From: Candidatus Saccharimonadales bacterium | Lineage (GTDB): Bacteria; Patescibacteriota; Saccharimonadia; Saccharimonadales; SZUA-47 | Direction of reading: 5' to 3' | DNA length: 64,000 nucleotides | NCBI GenBank assembly: GCA_038211855.1 | Contig: JBBQVE010000003.1 | Coordinates: forward strand, 33,907-97,906 | In this document: positions 42,727 through 52,791 of the stretch, piece after piece | Layout: each line of letters begins with the position of its first letter | Numbering within the stretch: the first letter of the stretch is position 1 | The notes under the pieces: generated by a model | Database searches by the model: none | What the model was told of the DNA's origin: nothing | The model's input: only the letters and a program-made list of their open reading frames with translations | Translations under genes and position numbers: made by a program

Positions 42727-43160
42727 CGTTGCACGTATGCTTTTACTTTTTTCATAGCGACTTCGTCATTTAGGATACTTGCCGTAGGTAAGAAAAGCGG
42801 TTGCGGCATGTCAGCAATCGTATGCCATTCTATGGCGAGACACTTCTCTGGTTCGGTTATTTTAGGTGTTCCATCGCTAACACGGGTGGCATACCAGAGC
42901 GTTATGTAGTGCAGGCCATCATTCTCAAAGATATCATTCGTAAACCCTATGAACTTAACATCCGTTATTACTAAATCAGTTTCTTCTTTCACTTCTCGCT
43001 TGATGGCTTCGACTGGCGTCTCGCCAAAATCAATCTTCCCGCCAGGTGGACACCAAGTTTTGGCACCGTGCGAGCCGGTTCTAAGCTGGACAATATTTTT
43101 GCCCTCGTCGTTAAATACGAAAGCAGCAACGGCACCACCGACTTGGTAGGGTGTATTCAT
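42714..43160 (-). CDS. NUDIX hydrolase
   Basis: Nudix box GGKIDFGETPVEAIKREVKEETDL. Confidence 0.85.
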   Translation of the reverse strand: MNTPYQVGGAVAAFVFNDEGKNIVQLRTGSHGAKTWCPPGGKIDFGETPVEAIKREVKEETDLVITDVKFIGFTNDIFENDGLHYITLWYATRVSDGTPKITEPEKCLAIEWHTIADMPQPLFLPTASILNDEVAMKKVKAYVQRCRS

Positions 43161-43783
43161 GAATTTGTCCGCTGGCGATGCTGCTGGATCATTTTGTTGG
43201 CGAGTTTTTCGCGCATTTCCATAGCGATGAGTTGGTCGTGCGCATAGCTGGAGCGCAGAGCTTCTGATCTGATCTTCTCATTCTTTTCAAGGTCATCGGC
43301 GTGGTCAAACATTTCCTCGGCCTGCTTATTATCGGTATTAAGTATAGTCAGAGTGGGCATCGACTTATCAAGAGTTTTCACGAAACGTGCTTCAGGGTCT
43401 TTCAGTGATTCAAACGCTTTGATAGTTTCGTAGAGCCAAGGAAACGTATCGCCAAAGTCATTTTTTATCTTTTCAAGGGCTTCGGCCTCAGCAGCTTCTT
43501 TGGCGGCAAAGTTTACTTTGGCATAACGGAAAGTCGAGACGTCGCCAGTGTAGGCTTCAACCAAATCGTGTACGAGCGCGTATTGGGCGACTTTGCCGAG
43601 ATCCAGTTCGGGGCAAAGCTTTGCGGCGACGGCACAGGCGATGACTGACAGCATGACAGTATGATCAGTATCAGACTCTGGTGTGCGGTTCACATCAAGG
43701 TACGTGGCGCGATTGACCCGCGCAAAACGCATCAAAAGTTTGGCGAGTTTTATGGTCTCTTCGACGTATGCATCTTCAATCAT
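43157..43783 (-). CDS. HD-domain phosphohydrolase (YfbR-like 5'-deoxynucleotidase)
   Basis: ESDTDHTVMLSVIA...ALVHDLVEAYTGD (H...HD...D). Start taken at MIEDAYVEE (ATG 43783). The ORF-track start 43807 would overlap the tilS promoter region. Confidence 0.75.
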   Translation of the reverse strand: MIEDAYVEETIKLAKLLMRFARVNRATYLDVNRTPESDTDHTVMLSVIACAVAAKLCPELDLGKVAQYALVHDLVEAYTGDVSTFRYAKVNFAAKEAAEAEALEKIKNDFGDTFPWLYETIKAFESLKDPEARFVKTLDKSMPTLTILNTDNKQAEEMFDHADDLEKNEKIRSEALRSSYAHDQLIAMEMREKLANKMIQQHRQRTNS

Positions 43784-43812
43784 TGGTGGTAACCCCGTAC
43801 AATACATCTATT

Positions 43813-44721
43813 GTGGCAGATATACCCTTAGATTTACCAGTCGGAAGTTATGTTGTTGCCGTCTCTGGCGGTGTCGATTCGGTGGTGCTTTTGGACTTGC
43901 TCACAAAAATGGATCATTTGAAGTTGGTGGTGGCACATTTTGATCATGGCATTCGACAGGATTCTGCCGATGATGAACTGTTCGTATCAAAGCTGGCGAC
44001 AATCTACGGATTGCCCTATGTCAGTGTTCGAATGGAACTTGGTAAGCAGGCCAGTGAAGCGACGGCTCGTGATGCCAGATATGCGTTTTTGCGCGACATT
44101 GCTCAAAAACACGGGGCCGAAAAAATTATTACCGCCCATCATCAGGATGACCTGCTCGAGACAATGATTCTTAATTTGCTGCGCGGCACTGGTCGGCGCG
44201 GGCTCGATCCGTTATTGTCGAGCCAGGATATTCTGCGTCCACTTTTACCATTTTCCAAAGAAGAACTCATGGACTACGCGATCAGTTGGGAACTAAAATG
44301 GCGCGAAGACCCTACGAACACTGATGTGAAATTTCGCCGCAATAAAGTGCGTCATGAGATGATGCCAAAATTGTGGCCAGTTCGTCCAACCCTTCTCGGC
44401 CTGAATGCCGATGCAAGGCGTCGCAACAAAGAGATAGATGACTTACTCGAAGGGTTAGATACTTATCTCCTGAACGAAAAAGGTGATCTTGTGCGACAGC
44501 GATTCGTGACCTTGCCACACAAGGTCGCTAGCGAGTATCTTCACCGTTGGCTGATCAAAAATAGTGTAAAAAATATCGATTCGAACGTTGTAAACAGAGC
44601 TACTATTGCTGCCAAAACACTCGCTCCCTGTAAGAAAATTGACCTCAAAAACGGCTATTTACTCCAAAGTGAAGCAACTTCTCTCAATATTTTCCGGAAT
44701 GACCAGGGTCGGCCTGTATAA
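43813..44721 (+). CDS. tilS: tRNA(Ile)-lysidine synthase
   Basis: PP-loop VAVSGGVDSVVLL, HFDHGIR, ...TAHHQDDLLET.... GTG 43813 lies 9 nt after a TACAAT -10. The ORF-track start is 43768. Confidence 0.8.
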   Translation: MADIPLDLPVGSYVVAVSGGVDSVVLLDLLTKMDHLKLVVAHFDHGIRQDSADDELFVSKLATIYGLPYVSVRMELGKQASEATARDARYAFLRDIAQKHGAEKIITAHHQDDLLETMILNLLRGTGRRGLDPLLSSQDILRPLLPFSKEELMDYAISWELKWREDPTNTDVKFRRNKVRHEMMPKLWPVRPTLLGLNADARRRNKEIDDLLEGLDTYLLNEKGDLVRQRFVTLPHKVASEYLHRWLIKNSVKNIDSNVVNRATIAAKTLAPCKKIDLKNGYLLQSEATSLNIFRNDQGRPV

Positions 44722-44731
44722 TCACTAACAT

Positions 44732-46594
44732 ATGGATAAAAAATCACTGAAACCGAACTCGCCACAAGGCAAGCGCACGTATCGTACGGCCATTTTTTTT
44801 GTATTGCTCGCCCTGTTTGGCATGGTCATTTATAGCGCCGTCAATAAGCCGTCAACCTTACGGGACGTGCCCTTTTCAGAAGTCATATCCGATGCCAATG
44901 GTGGCAAGATAAGCTCTATTAATGTTAAAGGCAATGACCTTACGGTCACCAAAAAAGGCGACACCAAGGCGACTGAATCGTCACGCAAGGAAGACGGCTC
45001 AAGTATTTATGAACAAGGTCTGCAACAGGGTAAGGTGACGCTGACGAATGCTAAGGCCTCTGATTCAGGCAGCATCTGGGCATTCTTATTACAGTCGCTC
45101 CTGCCTCTGTTATTGCTCGGGTTGTTCCTCGTGTGGATGTTGCGCAGCGCCCAAGGTCAAGGCAACCAGGCAATGAGTTTTGGCAAGAGCAAGGCCCGTT
45201 TGTATGGTAATGAAAAAGACAAAGTCGTCTTCAAAGATATTGCCGGTAGTGATGAAGCGAAGCAAGATTTGGAAGAAGTGGTTGAGTTCCTCAAGTTCCC
45301 GAAAAAGTTTGAATCAGTCGGTGCCAAAATTCCAAAAGGAGTATTGCTAGTTGGTCCTCCAGGAACAGGTAAAACTATGTTGGCGCGCGCTGTGGCTGGT
45401 GAGGCTGATACGCCCTTCTTCAGCATCAGTGGCTCCGAATTCGTTGAAATGTTCGTTGGTGTTGGCGCCAGTCGCGTCCGTGATTTATTTGCTAAGGCCA
45501 AAAAGAATTCTCCCTGTATCATCTTTGTTGATGAAATTGATGCGGTTGGTCGTCGCCGTGGTTCTGGTATGGGCGGTGGGCACGATGAGCGCGAACAGAC
45601 CCTCAACCAGATTCTCGTTGAGATGGATGGTTTTGAGCAGGGAACCAATGTGATTGTATTGGCGGCTACCAACCGTGCTGATGTGCTCGATCCTGCGCTG
45701 CTCCGTCCAGGACGCTTTGACCGTCGCGTGAATATTGGCCTGCCTGATCGCAAAGACCGCGAAGCGATTTTGAAGATTCATTTTGCCAAGAAGCCACTCG
45801 CTAAGAACGTTGACCTTGATGCACTTGCTGCCAAGACGGCTGGCAGTAGTGGTGCCGATCTTAGTAACGTCGCCAACGAAGCTGCCATATTGGCTGCACG
45901 CGATAATCGCCATGAGATTTCGCAGACGGACGTGACGTCGGCCTTCGAAAAAGTCGCTATTGGGCCTGAGCGCAAAGGCAAGATTATGAGTGATGCCGAC
46001 AAAGAAATGACTGCCTACCACGAAGCCGGTCATGCGATTGTTGGCCACGTTTTGCCAGATAGCGATCCGATTCATAAAGTTACCATCATTCCACGCGGTG
46101 GCACGGGCGGCGTAACGTGGGCGATTCCACCAGAAGATAAAAGCTACCATAGCATTATTGAATACAAGGATGTGCTGGCACGTATGCTTGGTGGCCGTAT
46201 CGCTGAAGAAGTCATGTACGGCAAAGACCGCGTCACCACGGGTGCTGGATCAGACTTGCCGAAGGCTGCCGAACTAGCTCGCGATATGATCGTCAACCAG
46301 GGTATGGGCAGCGGCCGCTTGCGTAACCAAGTCTTCCACACCGATGAAGGTATGATGCTCGACCGCATGATGCACGAACGTGAATATTCTGAAGACACAG
46401 CCAAAATGATTGACGATGAAGTTGAAAAGCTGATTGGCGAAGCCGCCACCCGCGCCCGTGAAGTGATCAAAGCCAACCTATCCTTCCTTAAGAAGTTGAA
46501 GGATGAACTGCTCGAAAAAGAGACTCTCGAAGCCGATGATGTGATTCGTCTGCTCACTGGTGCTGAAATGCCAAAAGTTGCCGCGCTATACTAG
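44732..46594 (+). CDS. ftsH: ATP-dependent zinc metalloprotease FtsH
   Basis: Two TM helices, AAA+ Walker A GPPGTGKT, Walker [12 protein letters not shown], and zinc motif HEAGHA. Confidence 0.95.
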   Translation: MDKKSLKPNSPQGKRTYRTAIFFVLLALFGMVIYSAVNKPSTLRDVPFSEVISDANGGKISSINVKGNDLTVTKKGDTKATESSRKEDGSSIYEQGLQQGKVTLTNAKASDSGSIWAFLLQSLLPLLLLGLFLVWMLRSAQGQGNQAMSFGKSKARLYGNEKDKVVFKDIAGSDEAKQDLEEVVEFLKFPKKFESVGAKIPKGVLLVGPPGTGKTMLARAVAGEADTPFFSISGSEFVEMFVGVGASRVRDLFAKAKKNSPCIIFVDEIDAVGRRRGSGMGGGHDEREQTLNQILVEMDGFEQGTNVIVLAATNRADVLDPALLRPGRFDRRVNIGLPDRKDREAILKIHFAKKPLAKNVDLDALAAKTAGSSGADLSNVANEAAILAARDNRHEISQTDVTSAFEKVAIGPERKGKIMSDADKEMTAYHEAGHAIVGHVLPDSDPIHKVTIIPRGGTGGVTWAIPPEDKSYHSIIEYKDVLARMLGGRIAEEVMYGKDRVTTGAGSDLPKAAELARDMIVNQGMGSGRLRNQVFHTDEGMMLDRMMHEREYSEDTAKMIDDEVEKLIGEAATRAREVIKANLSFLKKLKDELLEKETLEADDVIRLLTGAEMPKVAALY

Positions 46595-46643
46595 ACTGCC
46601 CTAGATAGCACAATAAGTTATTGCTATACTGTTTGTAACGCTT

Positions 46644-48386
46644 ATGGTGATGAACACACTTCGCACAAGAGCTCGAAACTGGGTAAAACCTGCCGGTGGT
46701 ATCTTTCTGTTTGCGGTCGTTGGGCTTGCACTTGTGCTCGCCTCGCACGCCGCTACTCCTGTAAATAATGCGATTGATCCAGAATTGGGGGCGACTTCGG
46801 GCGGAGCAAGTGTAGGTTTCGATAGTACGGCTTCAAATGGCTCGTATGTATCTTTTGCAGCACCCGTGAACGCAGCAACGAGTCTGACAGTAGATGCCTC
46901 ACAATCGGTCGCATCATTTGATCGAAGAATCAAGGGCATCGGTCTGGCAAACTGGACCTTCCAAAAATCATGGGGCAAGCCGTATGTTGGCGATGTCCAA
47001 GGCTTGCCTCAACTCGTCAAAGCAATTGATCCGGGGCTTATTCGGTATGCCGGTGGCCTCTGGGCAAACTATGTTGGTTTTGACAATACGAGTGCAGCTC
47101 AGCATGCTCCACAGACGGGCTGGGTGAAGAACGGACAAACCTACTACTACAGCTACGGCATGGACGAGCTAAAGAGCGTCGATGCATTTGCCAAGAGTGT
47201 GAATGCCGATGTCATGATACAAGTGAACATCTCAAATAATGATCCGCAGATGTGGGCTGATTTGGCAACGTTTGTGAAAAACACCGGCCTTACCAGTATC
47301 AAATACTATGAATTTGGTAATGAACTCGACCTTGAGACGGCAAATAACGGTGCTGATGCGTTGACACCTGCGGTGTACGGCACGCGTCTAGCGGCCTATC
47401 AAAAAGCGCTGCTGGCGGTTGATCCGAGTCTGAATATAGTTGGCGGCGTGTCGGCAGCGGCTACTGACATCGTCAGGGCGAACTACTCCTCGGGCGGTAA
47501 CTCGCCTTCTCAATACATGACCCAAGCGCTGTCGGCTGCACGCGGAGCCGGTAAAGACTTGAATACGGCGAGCTTCCACTGGTACGAAGGTGGCGGCACG
47601 ACGACGATTACAGACATTCTCAACTGGACCTTTAGTGAATCAACCAATAGTACCGAGTGGTGGCGCGAAGCGTATGCTCGTGATTGGTCGGGAAGCGTCG
47701 GTCCATGGCTGAAAGCCACAGCGCTCAGTTCTTATCCAACGACTCAGTTGGGGGTGAGCGAACTCGGCGTTAATTCGTCCGACGGCATTACCTATAACGG
47801 TAACTTTACTGCCGCGCTTTGGTACTCAGATGTGCTTGGCAGGCTCGCCTACACAAGCGTGAACTGGATTACGCAGTGGGATAGCTACGCCTCAACGCCC
47901 GAATATTTCTCGCTGATGTATCCTGATAACGACCAGACGACTACGCCGACACTTAACATCCGACCTTCATACTATGCTTACGTGATGTACAGTAAATACT
48001 TCGGTGATAAAATGGTGAACGCTAAAACCTATGATCCAACCAAGCTTTCCATCTGGGCCTCGACCGATAGCAGGGACCCTGGCAAACTTAAACTGCGTAT
48101 TACTAATCTGACTGATACGGCAATTACGACGCCGGTTGTACTTAGTAATTTTGGCGTCAAAACAGCCGTTTCATATGTGTTGAGCAGCACCAATCCAACC
48201 GATTCTTCAGCGGCCAGTACTACGACGAGCGCCAACGTGACGATTAACGGTACTAAGTTGGACGCAAGTGCGATTGAGGCAAGTATTGCTTCCATAAAAT
48301 CCCAAACGGTTACTGTAAGCGGCAACGCGATTCAAACGACCTTTCCGGCCTATTCATCGATGGCAATAATTGCCAGTACAAACTAG
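46644..48386 (+). CDS. Secreted glycoside-hydrolase-like protein (clan GH-A TIM barrel + C-terminal beta domain)
   Basis: Signal/anchor IFLFAVVGLALVLASHA. YYEFGNELD (acid/base) and GVSELGVNS (candidate nucleophile). The family is not assignable by eye. Confidence 0.6.
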   Translation: MVMNTLRTRARNWVKPAGGIFLFAVVGLALVLASHAATPVNNAIDPELGATSGGASVGFDSTASNGSYVSFAAPVNAATSLTVDASQSVASFDRRIKGIGLANWTFQKSWGKPYVGDVQGLPQLVKAIDPGLIRYAGGLWANYVGFDNTSAAQHAPQTGWVKNGQTYYYSYGMDELKSVDAFAKSVNADVMIQVNISNNDPQMWADLATFVKNTGLTSIKYYEFGNELDLETANNGADALTPAVYGTRLAAYQKALLAVDPSLNIVGGVSAAATDIVRANYSSGGNSPSQYMTQALSAARGAGKDLNTASFHWYEGGGTTTITDILNWTFSESTNSTEWWREAYARDWSGSVGPWLKATALSSYPTTQLGVSELGVNSSDGITYNGNFTAALWYSDVLGRLAYTSVNWITQWDSYASTPEYFSLMYPDNDQTTTPTLNIRPSYYAYVMYSKYFGDKMVNAKTYDPTKLSIWASTDSRDPGKLKLRITNLTDTAITTPVVLSNFGVKTAVSYVLSSTNPTDSSAASTTTSANVTINGTKLDASAIEASIASIKSQTVTVSGNAIQTTFPAYSSMAIIASTN

Positions 48387-48411
48387 CTGGCTGTTATAAT
48401 CAGTCCATAGT

Positions 48412-50001
48412 ATGAAGCAATTTTTTGATAAGGCGAATAAACGCGTTTCGTTTGGCGGAGCTGCCACGCTGCTTATTGTGGTGGCTCTCGTTGGGCAGAT
48501 CCTGGGGTTCTATCGAAATCGTCTCATTAGTGCTAACTTTACGCGTCTTGATCCGGGCTCTACCGACGCCTTTTTTGCTGCCTTTCAGATTCCTGACTTC
48601 TTCTTTTATACAATCTCTGCGGGCGCGCTCGGCGTGGCGTTCATGCCCTTCCTGGCCGATCATCTGCACAAAGGTGACAAAAAAGGTATGTGGCAGCTTG
48701 TCAACAGTCTTATGAACTTGCTGTTGATTGTGATGGCGCTCGTCGCGGCGGTTATTTTTGTCTTTGCCGGTCCTCTCATCCATCACATTGTGGCTCCTGC
48801 GCTCAGCGGTAAGCACCTGCATGACGCCATTCTCATTATGCGTCTGATTGCAATTAACCCATTGTTATTCACTATGTCGGGTATTCTTACGAGTGTGCAG
48901 CAGACTCATGGACGTTTCTTCTTCTATGCTGTTGCGCCATTGTTTTATAACTTGTCGATTATCGTCGGCGTCTACGTTTTTAAACATAATGTCGGCGTCG
49001 TTGGCCTTGGTATTGGCGCGGTGATCGGGGCGCTTATTCAATTGGTTGTCGCTTGTATGGGGATGCTTGGGTTGGGCTTTCGGTGGCGGCCCACAATCAT
49101 GTGGCGCAACAAGGATTTTCACCTCGTTTTGCGTCAGCTGCCGCCGCGCTCGATCGACCAGGGAATTGACTCCATCAACAGTATCGTTGAAACCAACCGT
49201 GCACAACGTCTGCCAGAAGGCTCCGTCAGTTACTATAACTATGCCCTTACGCTTGCCAACGTTCCGATTGCTTTGATTGGCACCTCGATTGCCACGGCCG
49301 CCTTTCCGCGCTTGGCTGATCGATTGTCGCAGGGCCGACCGGATCTGTTCCGTAAAGAATTTCTTTCCATTGTACGCTCGATGATCTGGATTTCTATGCC
49401 GGTGATTGTGGTCAGTTTCTTCTGTCGTGGCTACTTGGCGCGCATGCTATATGGCGATGTCGCGCCGACGGTTGCGCTGCTCTTTGGCTACCTCACCGTG
49501 GCGATTTTCTTTCGTATTATGTATAGCATCATCTCGCGCTATTTTTACGCCCAAAAGAATACCAAGACACCGCTCTTAGTATCGATTTTTGCGATTCTCC
49601 TCAACATCGTTCTGGCGTTTACGCTGGCACGTCCCTCGGCTTATGGGATTGCAGGTCTCGCGATGGCCCAGTCATTTGTAGCGATGGCCGAGGTCGCTAT
49701 CTTGCTGTGCATCATGCTCTACAAGGATCGTCGTCTCCTCAACATCGCTTTTTGGGGCGGGGTCGGGCGGATTTTCTCCGTGACTGGCTTTAGCATGATT
49801 GCTGCCTTTATAATGATTACGATCTTCCCGTTGCGCTTGACTGACGCTGGCTTTGTGACGCTGGCACCTAAAGTCGGCATGATTGCGCTGGTAACGTTCG
49901 TGGTGCACCTGAGCGTGTCATCATTGTTTGAGCTTGAAGAGGCCGTACCGGTCGTCGCCAAAATCAAACAGATTGTTCTAAAACCCGTAAAAATCCAGTA
50001 G
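48412..50001 (+). CDS. murJ: Lipid II flippase MurJ (MviN)
   Basis: 529 aa, 14 TM helices. LGFYRNRLISANFG-like N-terminus, AFFAAFQIPDFFF, and the SYYNYALTLANVP pattern typical of MurJ. Confidence 0.85.
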   Translation: MKQFFDKANKRVSFGGAATLLIVVALVGQILGFYRNRLISANFTRLDPGSTDAFFAAFQIPDFFFYTISAGALGVAFMPFLADHLHKGDKKGMWQLVNSLMNLLLIVMALVAAVIFVFAGPLIHHIVAPALSGKHLHDAILIMRLIAINPLLFTMSGILTSVQQTHGRFFFYAVAPLFYNLSIIVGVYVFKHNVGVVGLGIGAVIGALIQLVVACMGMLGLGFRWRPTIMWRNKDFHLVLRQLPPRSIDQGIDSINSIVETNRAQRLPEGSVSYYNYALTLANVPIALIGTSIATAAFPRLADRLSQGRPDLFRKEFLSIVRSMIWISMPVIVVSFFCRGYLARMLYGDVAPTVALLFGYLTVAIFFRIMYSIISRYFYAQKNTKTPLLVSIFAILLNIVLAFTLARPSAYGIAGLAMAQSFVAMAEVAILLCIMLYKDRRLLNIAFWGGVGRIFSVTGFSMIAAFIMITIFPLRLTDAGFVTLAPKVGMIALVTFVVHLSVSSLFELEEAVPVVAKIKQIVLKPVKIQ

Positions 50002-50048
50002 CAACGCCGCATAGGATATAAGTGCTACCTCTGTTATAATGAGTTTAA

Positions 50049-51824
50049 ATGGATCATATTCGAAACTTTTGTATTATTGCGCATATCGACCACGGCAAGA
50101 GCACGTTGGCTGATCGCTTGCTCGAAATCACGGGGACAGTTGAAAAACGCAATATGAAGGCGCAGCTGCTCGACCGCATGGATTTGGAGCGCGAAAAGGG
50201 CATTACGATTAAACTCGCCCCCGTCCGCATGAAGTACAAAGAGTATCAGTTGAATTTGATTGATACCCCCGGACACGTTGATTTTAGCTATGAAGTCTCG
50301 CGTAGTCTTGAGGCTTGCGAAGGAGCAATTTTGGTCGTCGACGCCAGTCAGGGCATTCAGGCGCAGACGCTCGCCAATGTTTATTTGGCAATGGCCGCCG
50401 AACTTACCATCATCCCTGTCTTGAATAAGATAGACTTACCGGCAGCCGATGTCGAACGAGTGAGTGCCGAAGTTATCAGCCTGTTGGGCTGCAAAAAAGA
50501 AGATATATTGTTGATCAGTGCCAAGACGGGCATGGGTGTTGAGACGGTGCTTGAAGCCGTCGTCGACCTGGTGCCTCCTCCTGGCGGCAGCACAGACGCG
50601 CCGACTCGCGCCCTGATTTTTGATAGTTACTATGATGATTACCGCGGTGTTATTTTGTATGTGCGTATTATAGATGGCCACGTTGCCAAAGGTGCCCAGA
50701 TACGCATGATTAGTGCCGCCAGCCAGGGAATTGCTTTAGAAGTCGGCGCGCTGCGTCCCGACATGACGGCCAACTTAGACCTCGCCACAGGGGAAATCGG
50801 TTATATAGTGACGAACCTCAAAACCACGCGCGAAGCCCGTGTCGGTGATACGGTGACGCTGGTGGCGAATCCTTCGGTTAATGCACTGCCTGGGTATAAG
50901 GTCGTCAAGCCTTTTGTGTACGCAGGATTTTTCCCTGACTCTAATGAGAATTATGTCGCGCTTAAAGAGGCAGTAGATCGATTGTCGCTCAGCGACTCAG
51001 CTTTGCAATACGAACCGGAAAACTCGCCCGTCTTGGGCTTTGGCGTGCGCATCGGCTTCCTCGGTCTCCTCCATATGGACATCATCAAAGAACGCATCGA
51101 GCGTGAATATAACCTTGATTTGGTCGTCACAAACCCATCGACGGATTACGAAATCGTCATGAGTGATGGTACGGAAGTTGATATCAAATCGGCGGCAGAT
51201 TTGCCAGATGTGAGCAAGGTTGCCGAAATCCGTGAGCCATGGATCAAGGGCGAGGTCGTCTGCCCGAAGGGTTATGTCGGTGCGGTTATCCAGTTGATCG
51301 TCAGCAAGCGCGGTTTGCAAAAAAATCTTAGTTTTGTAGATGCCCAGCTCGCGCTGATCAGTTTTGAGGCACCGCTCGCCAATTTGTTAACTGACTTCTA
51401 CGACCAGCTCAAAAGCATCACCAGCGGCTACGGCAGCTTTAACTACGAACTCGATGATTACCGTCCGGAAGACCTTGTAAAGCTTGATTTCTATGTTGCA
51501 GGCGATAGAGTTGACGCGTTAAGTATCATGGTACATCGCAGTGAAGCCGATGGCATCGGTCGTGATACGGTCAAAAAACTCAAAGAAGTCATTCCACGCC
51601 AAAACTTCCAGGTTGCCCTACAGGCTGGCATCGGCGGCAAGTTTATTGCTCGAGAGGATGTCAGTGCTTACCGTAAAGATGTGACAACAGGCCTGTACGG
51701 CGGTGATGTGTCGCGCAAAAAGAAGGTTCTCGCCAAGCAGAAAAAGGGTAAAGAGCGCATGAAGCGCTTTGGTAAGGTCGACATTCCGGCCGAAGCTTTC
51801 ACGGTGTTGCTTAAACGTGATTAA
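50049..51824 (+). CDS. lepA: Elongation factor 4 (LepA)
   Basis: IRNFCIIAHIDHGKSTLADRLL..., DTPGHVDF, NKIDL, and C-terminal ...VSRKKKVLAKQKKGKERMKRFGKVDIP. Confidence 0.95.
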   Translation: MDHIRNFCIIAHIDHGKSTLADRLLEITGTVEKRNMKAQLLDRMDLEREKGITIKLAPVRMKYKEYQLNLIDTPGHVDFSYEVSRSLEACEGAILVVDASQGIQAQTLANVYLAMAAELTIIPVLNKIDLPAADVERVSAEVISLLGCKKEDILLISAKTGMGVETVLEAVVDLVPPPGGSTDAPTRALIFDSYYDDYRGVILYVRIIDGHVAKGAQIRMISAASQGIALEVGALRPDMTANLDLATGEIGYIVTNLKTTREARVGDTVTLVANPSVNALPGYKVVKPFVYAGFFPDSNENYVALKEAVDRLSLSDSALQYEPENSPVLGFGVRIGFLGLLHMDIIKERIEREYNLDLVVTNPSTDYEIVMSDGTEVDIKSAADLPDVSKVAEIREPWIKGEVVCPKGYVGAVIQLIVSKRGLQKNLSFVDAQLALISFEAPLANLLTDFYDQLKSITSGYGSFNYELDDYRPEDLVKLDFYVAGDRVDALSIMVHRSEADGIGRDTVKKLKEVIPRQNFQVALQAGIGGKFIAREDVSAYRKDVTTGLYGGDVSRKKKVLAKQKKGKERMKRFGKVDIPAEAFTVLLKRD

Positions 51825-51833
51825 ATACGCGTA

Positions 51834-52532
51834 GTGGAAAAGAAAGACTTTATTGAGTGGACACGCAAATTGGCGGTTAATTATCGTGCCAACACCCAAG
51901 TGCTAAAGCAACTTTCGCAGATTGATTTGATTGCGCTGGTTGGTCCGACCGGTGTCGGTAAAACGACGATTATTGAAAAACTCGATCTGCCATATGTCTT
52001 AAGCGATGTAACGCGCATGCCCCGAGAGGGTGAAAAAGATGGGCATGAGTACTATTTCCGTAATGACTACCTCGGGATGCTTGATGAAATAAAAGCTGGC
52101 AATTTTGCCCAATTTCTCGTCTCGCGTGGCGATGAATTTTACGGTACGCGGGGCATAAGCTATCCGTTCTCCGGTGCGGCGACGATGGCGATTGTGGCCA
52201 GTGCTATTCCTGTTTTTCGTAAACTCGGCTTTCGAAAAGTCGTACCAATCTATATTCTGCCCCCAAGCTATATCGAGTGGCTGCACCGCATTGGCGCTGG
52301 CCGGTCACAAGATTTGAGTTCTCGGATGATGGAAGCGCGCGAATCGTTGCCGATGGCGATGGCCGACCCGGCCTACCACTTTGTGTTGAACGACGACCTC
52401 GAAATGGCGATTAATGAAGTCAAGACAATCATTGCAGGTGGCGAAGTTCATCAGCATCGCAAAGAGCTAGCGCGCTCCAGCGCGGATCTTTTATTTGGCC
52501 GCCTCGGTATCGAAGACGACTTGCTCGTTTGA
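51834..52532 (+). CDS. Guanylate-kinase-like P-loop protein (paralog 1)
   Basis: LVGPTGVGKTT P-loop. SDVTRMPREGEKDGHEYYFRNDY...GNFAQFLVSRGDEFYGT parallels the Gmk pattern S.TTR.PR.GE.DG.DY.F...G.FLE....GN.YGT. Confidence 0.55.
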   Translation: MEKKDFIEWTRKLAVNYRANTQVLKQLSQIDLIALVGPTGVGKTTIIEKLDLPYVLSDVTRMPREGEKDGHEYYFRNDYLGMLDEIKAGNFAQFLVSRGDEFYGTRGISYPFSGAATMAIVASAIPVFRKLGFRKVVPIYILPPSYIEWLHRIGAGRSQDLSSRMMEARESLPMAMADPAYHFVLNDDLEMAINEVKTIIAGGEVHQHRKELARSSADLLFGRLGIEDDLLV

Positions 52533-52537
52533 GGTAA

Positions 52538-52743
52538 ACTACCGCTCGGCGGCCATGTTGAGGGCCTTGTGGAAAGGCACTCGCTTGTTTTCGCCAGTCA
52601 CCTGATTGCCGACGAGTGCATCCATGACGAGATCAACCATATATATCTGGAAGAGTTCGGCTTCCAGCCTATATAAAGCCAGGCTAAAAAAAACGAATCG
52701 TGCCGTTCTGGTCGAGCAGTGGAAAATCGGGGGCCTGTGTCAT
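52538..52743 (-). pseudogene. Frameshifted small ORF at an A8/T8 tract (N-terminus resembles peroxiredoxin/Bcp)
   Basis: GAGGTGA SD then ATG 52743. MTQAPDFPLLDQNGTIRFF* stops inside T8 (plus-strand A8 at 52686-52693). With 7 T the frame stays open for another 48 codons, to 52538. Confidence 0.3.
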
Positions 52744-52791
52744 AATCTACTCACCTCTTGAAAATAAAAAATCTTCTCTTATAATTGTACT

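Noticed and set aside
45157-46557. Long antisense ORFs inside ftsH (45157-45753, 45485-46150, 46144-46557). Similar ones lie inside dnaK (55926-56342, 56514-56840, 56841-57146), dapD (23721-24350) and other genes.
   Set aside because: They are fully overlapped by unmistakable genes on the other strand. Their translations are low-complexity (S/A/P/R-rich), typical of shadow frames. None has an SD or promoter.
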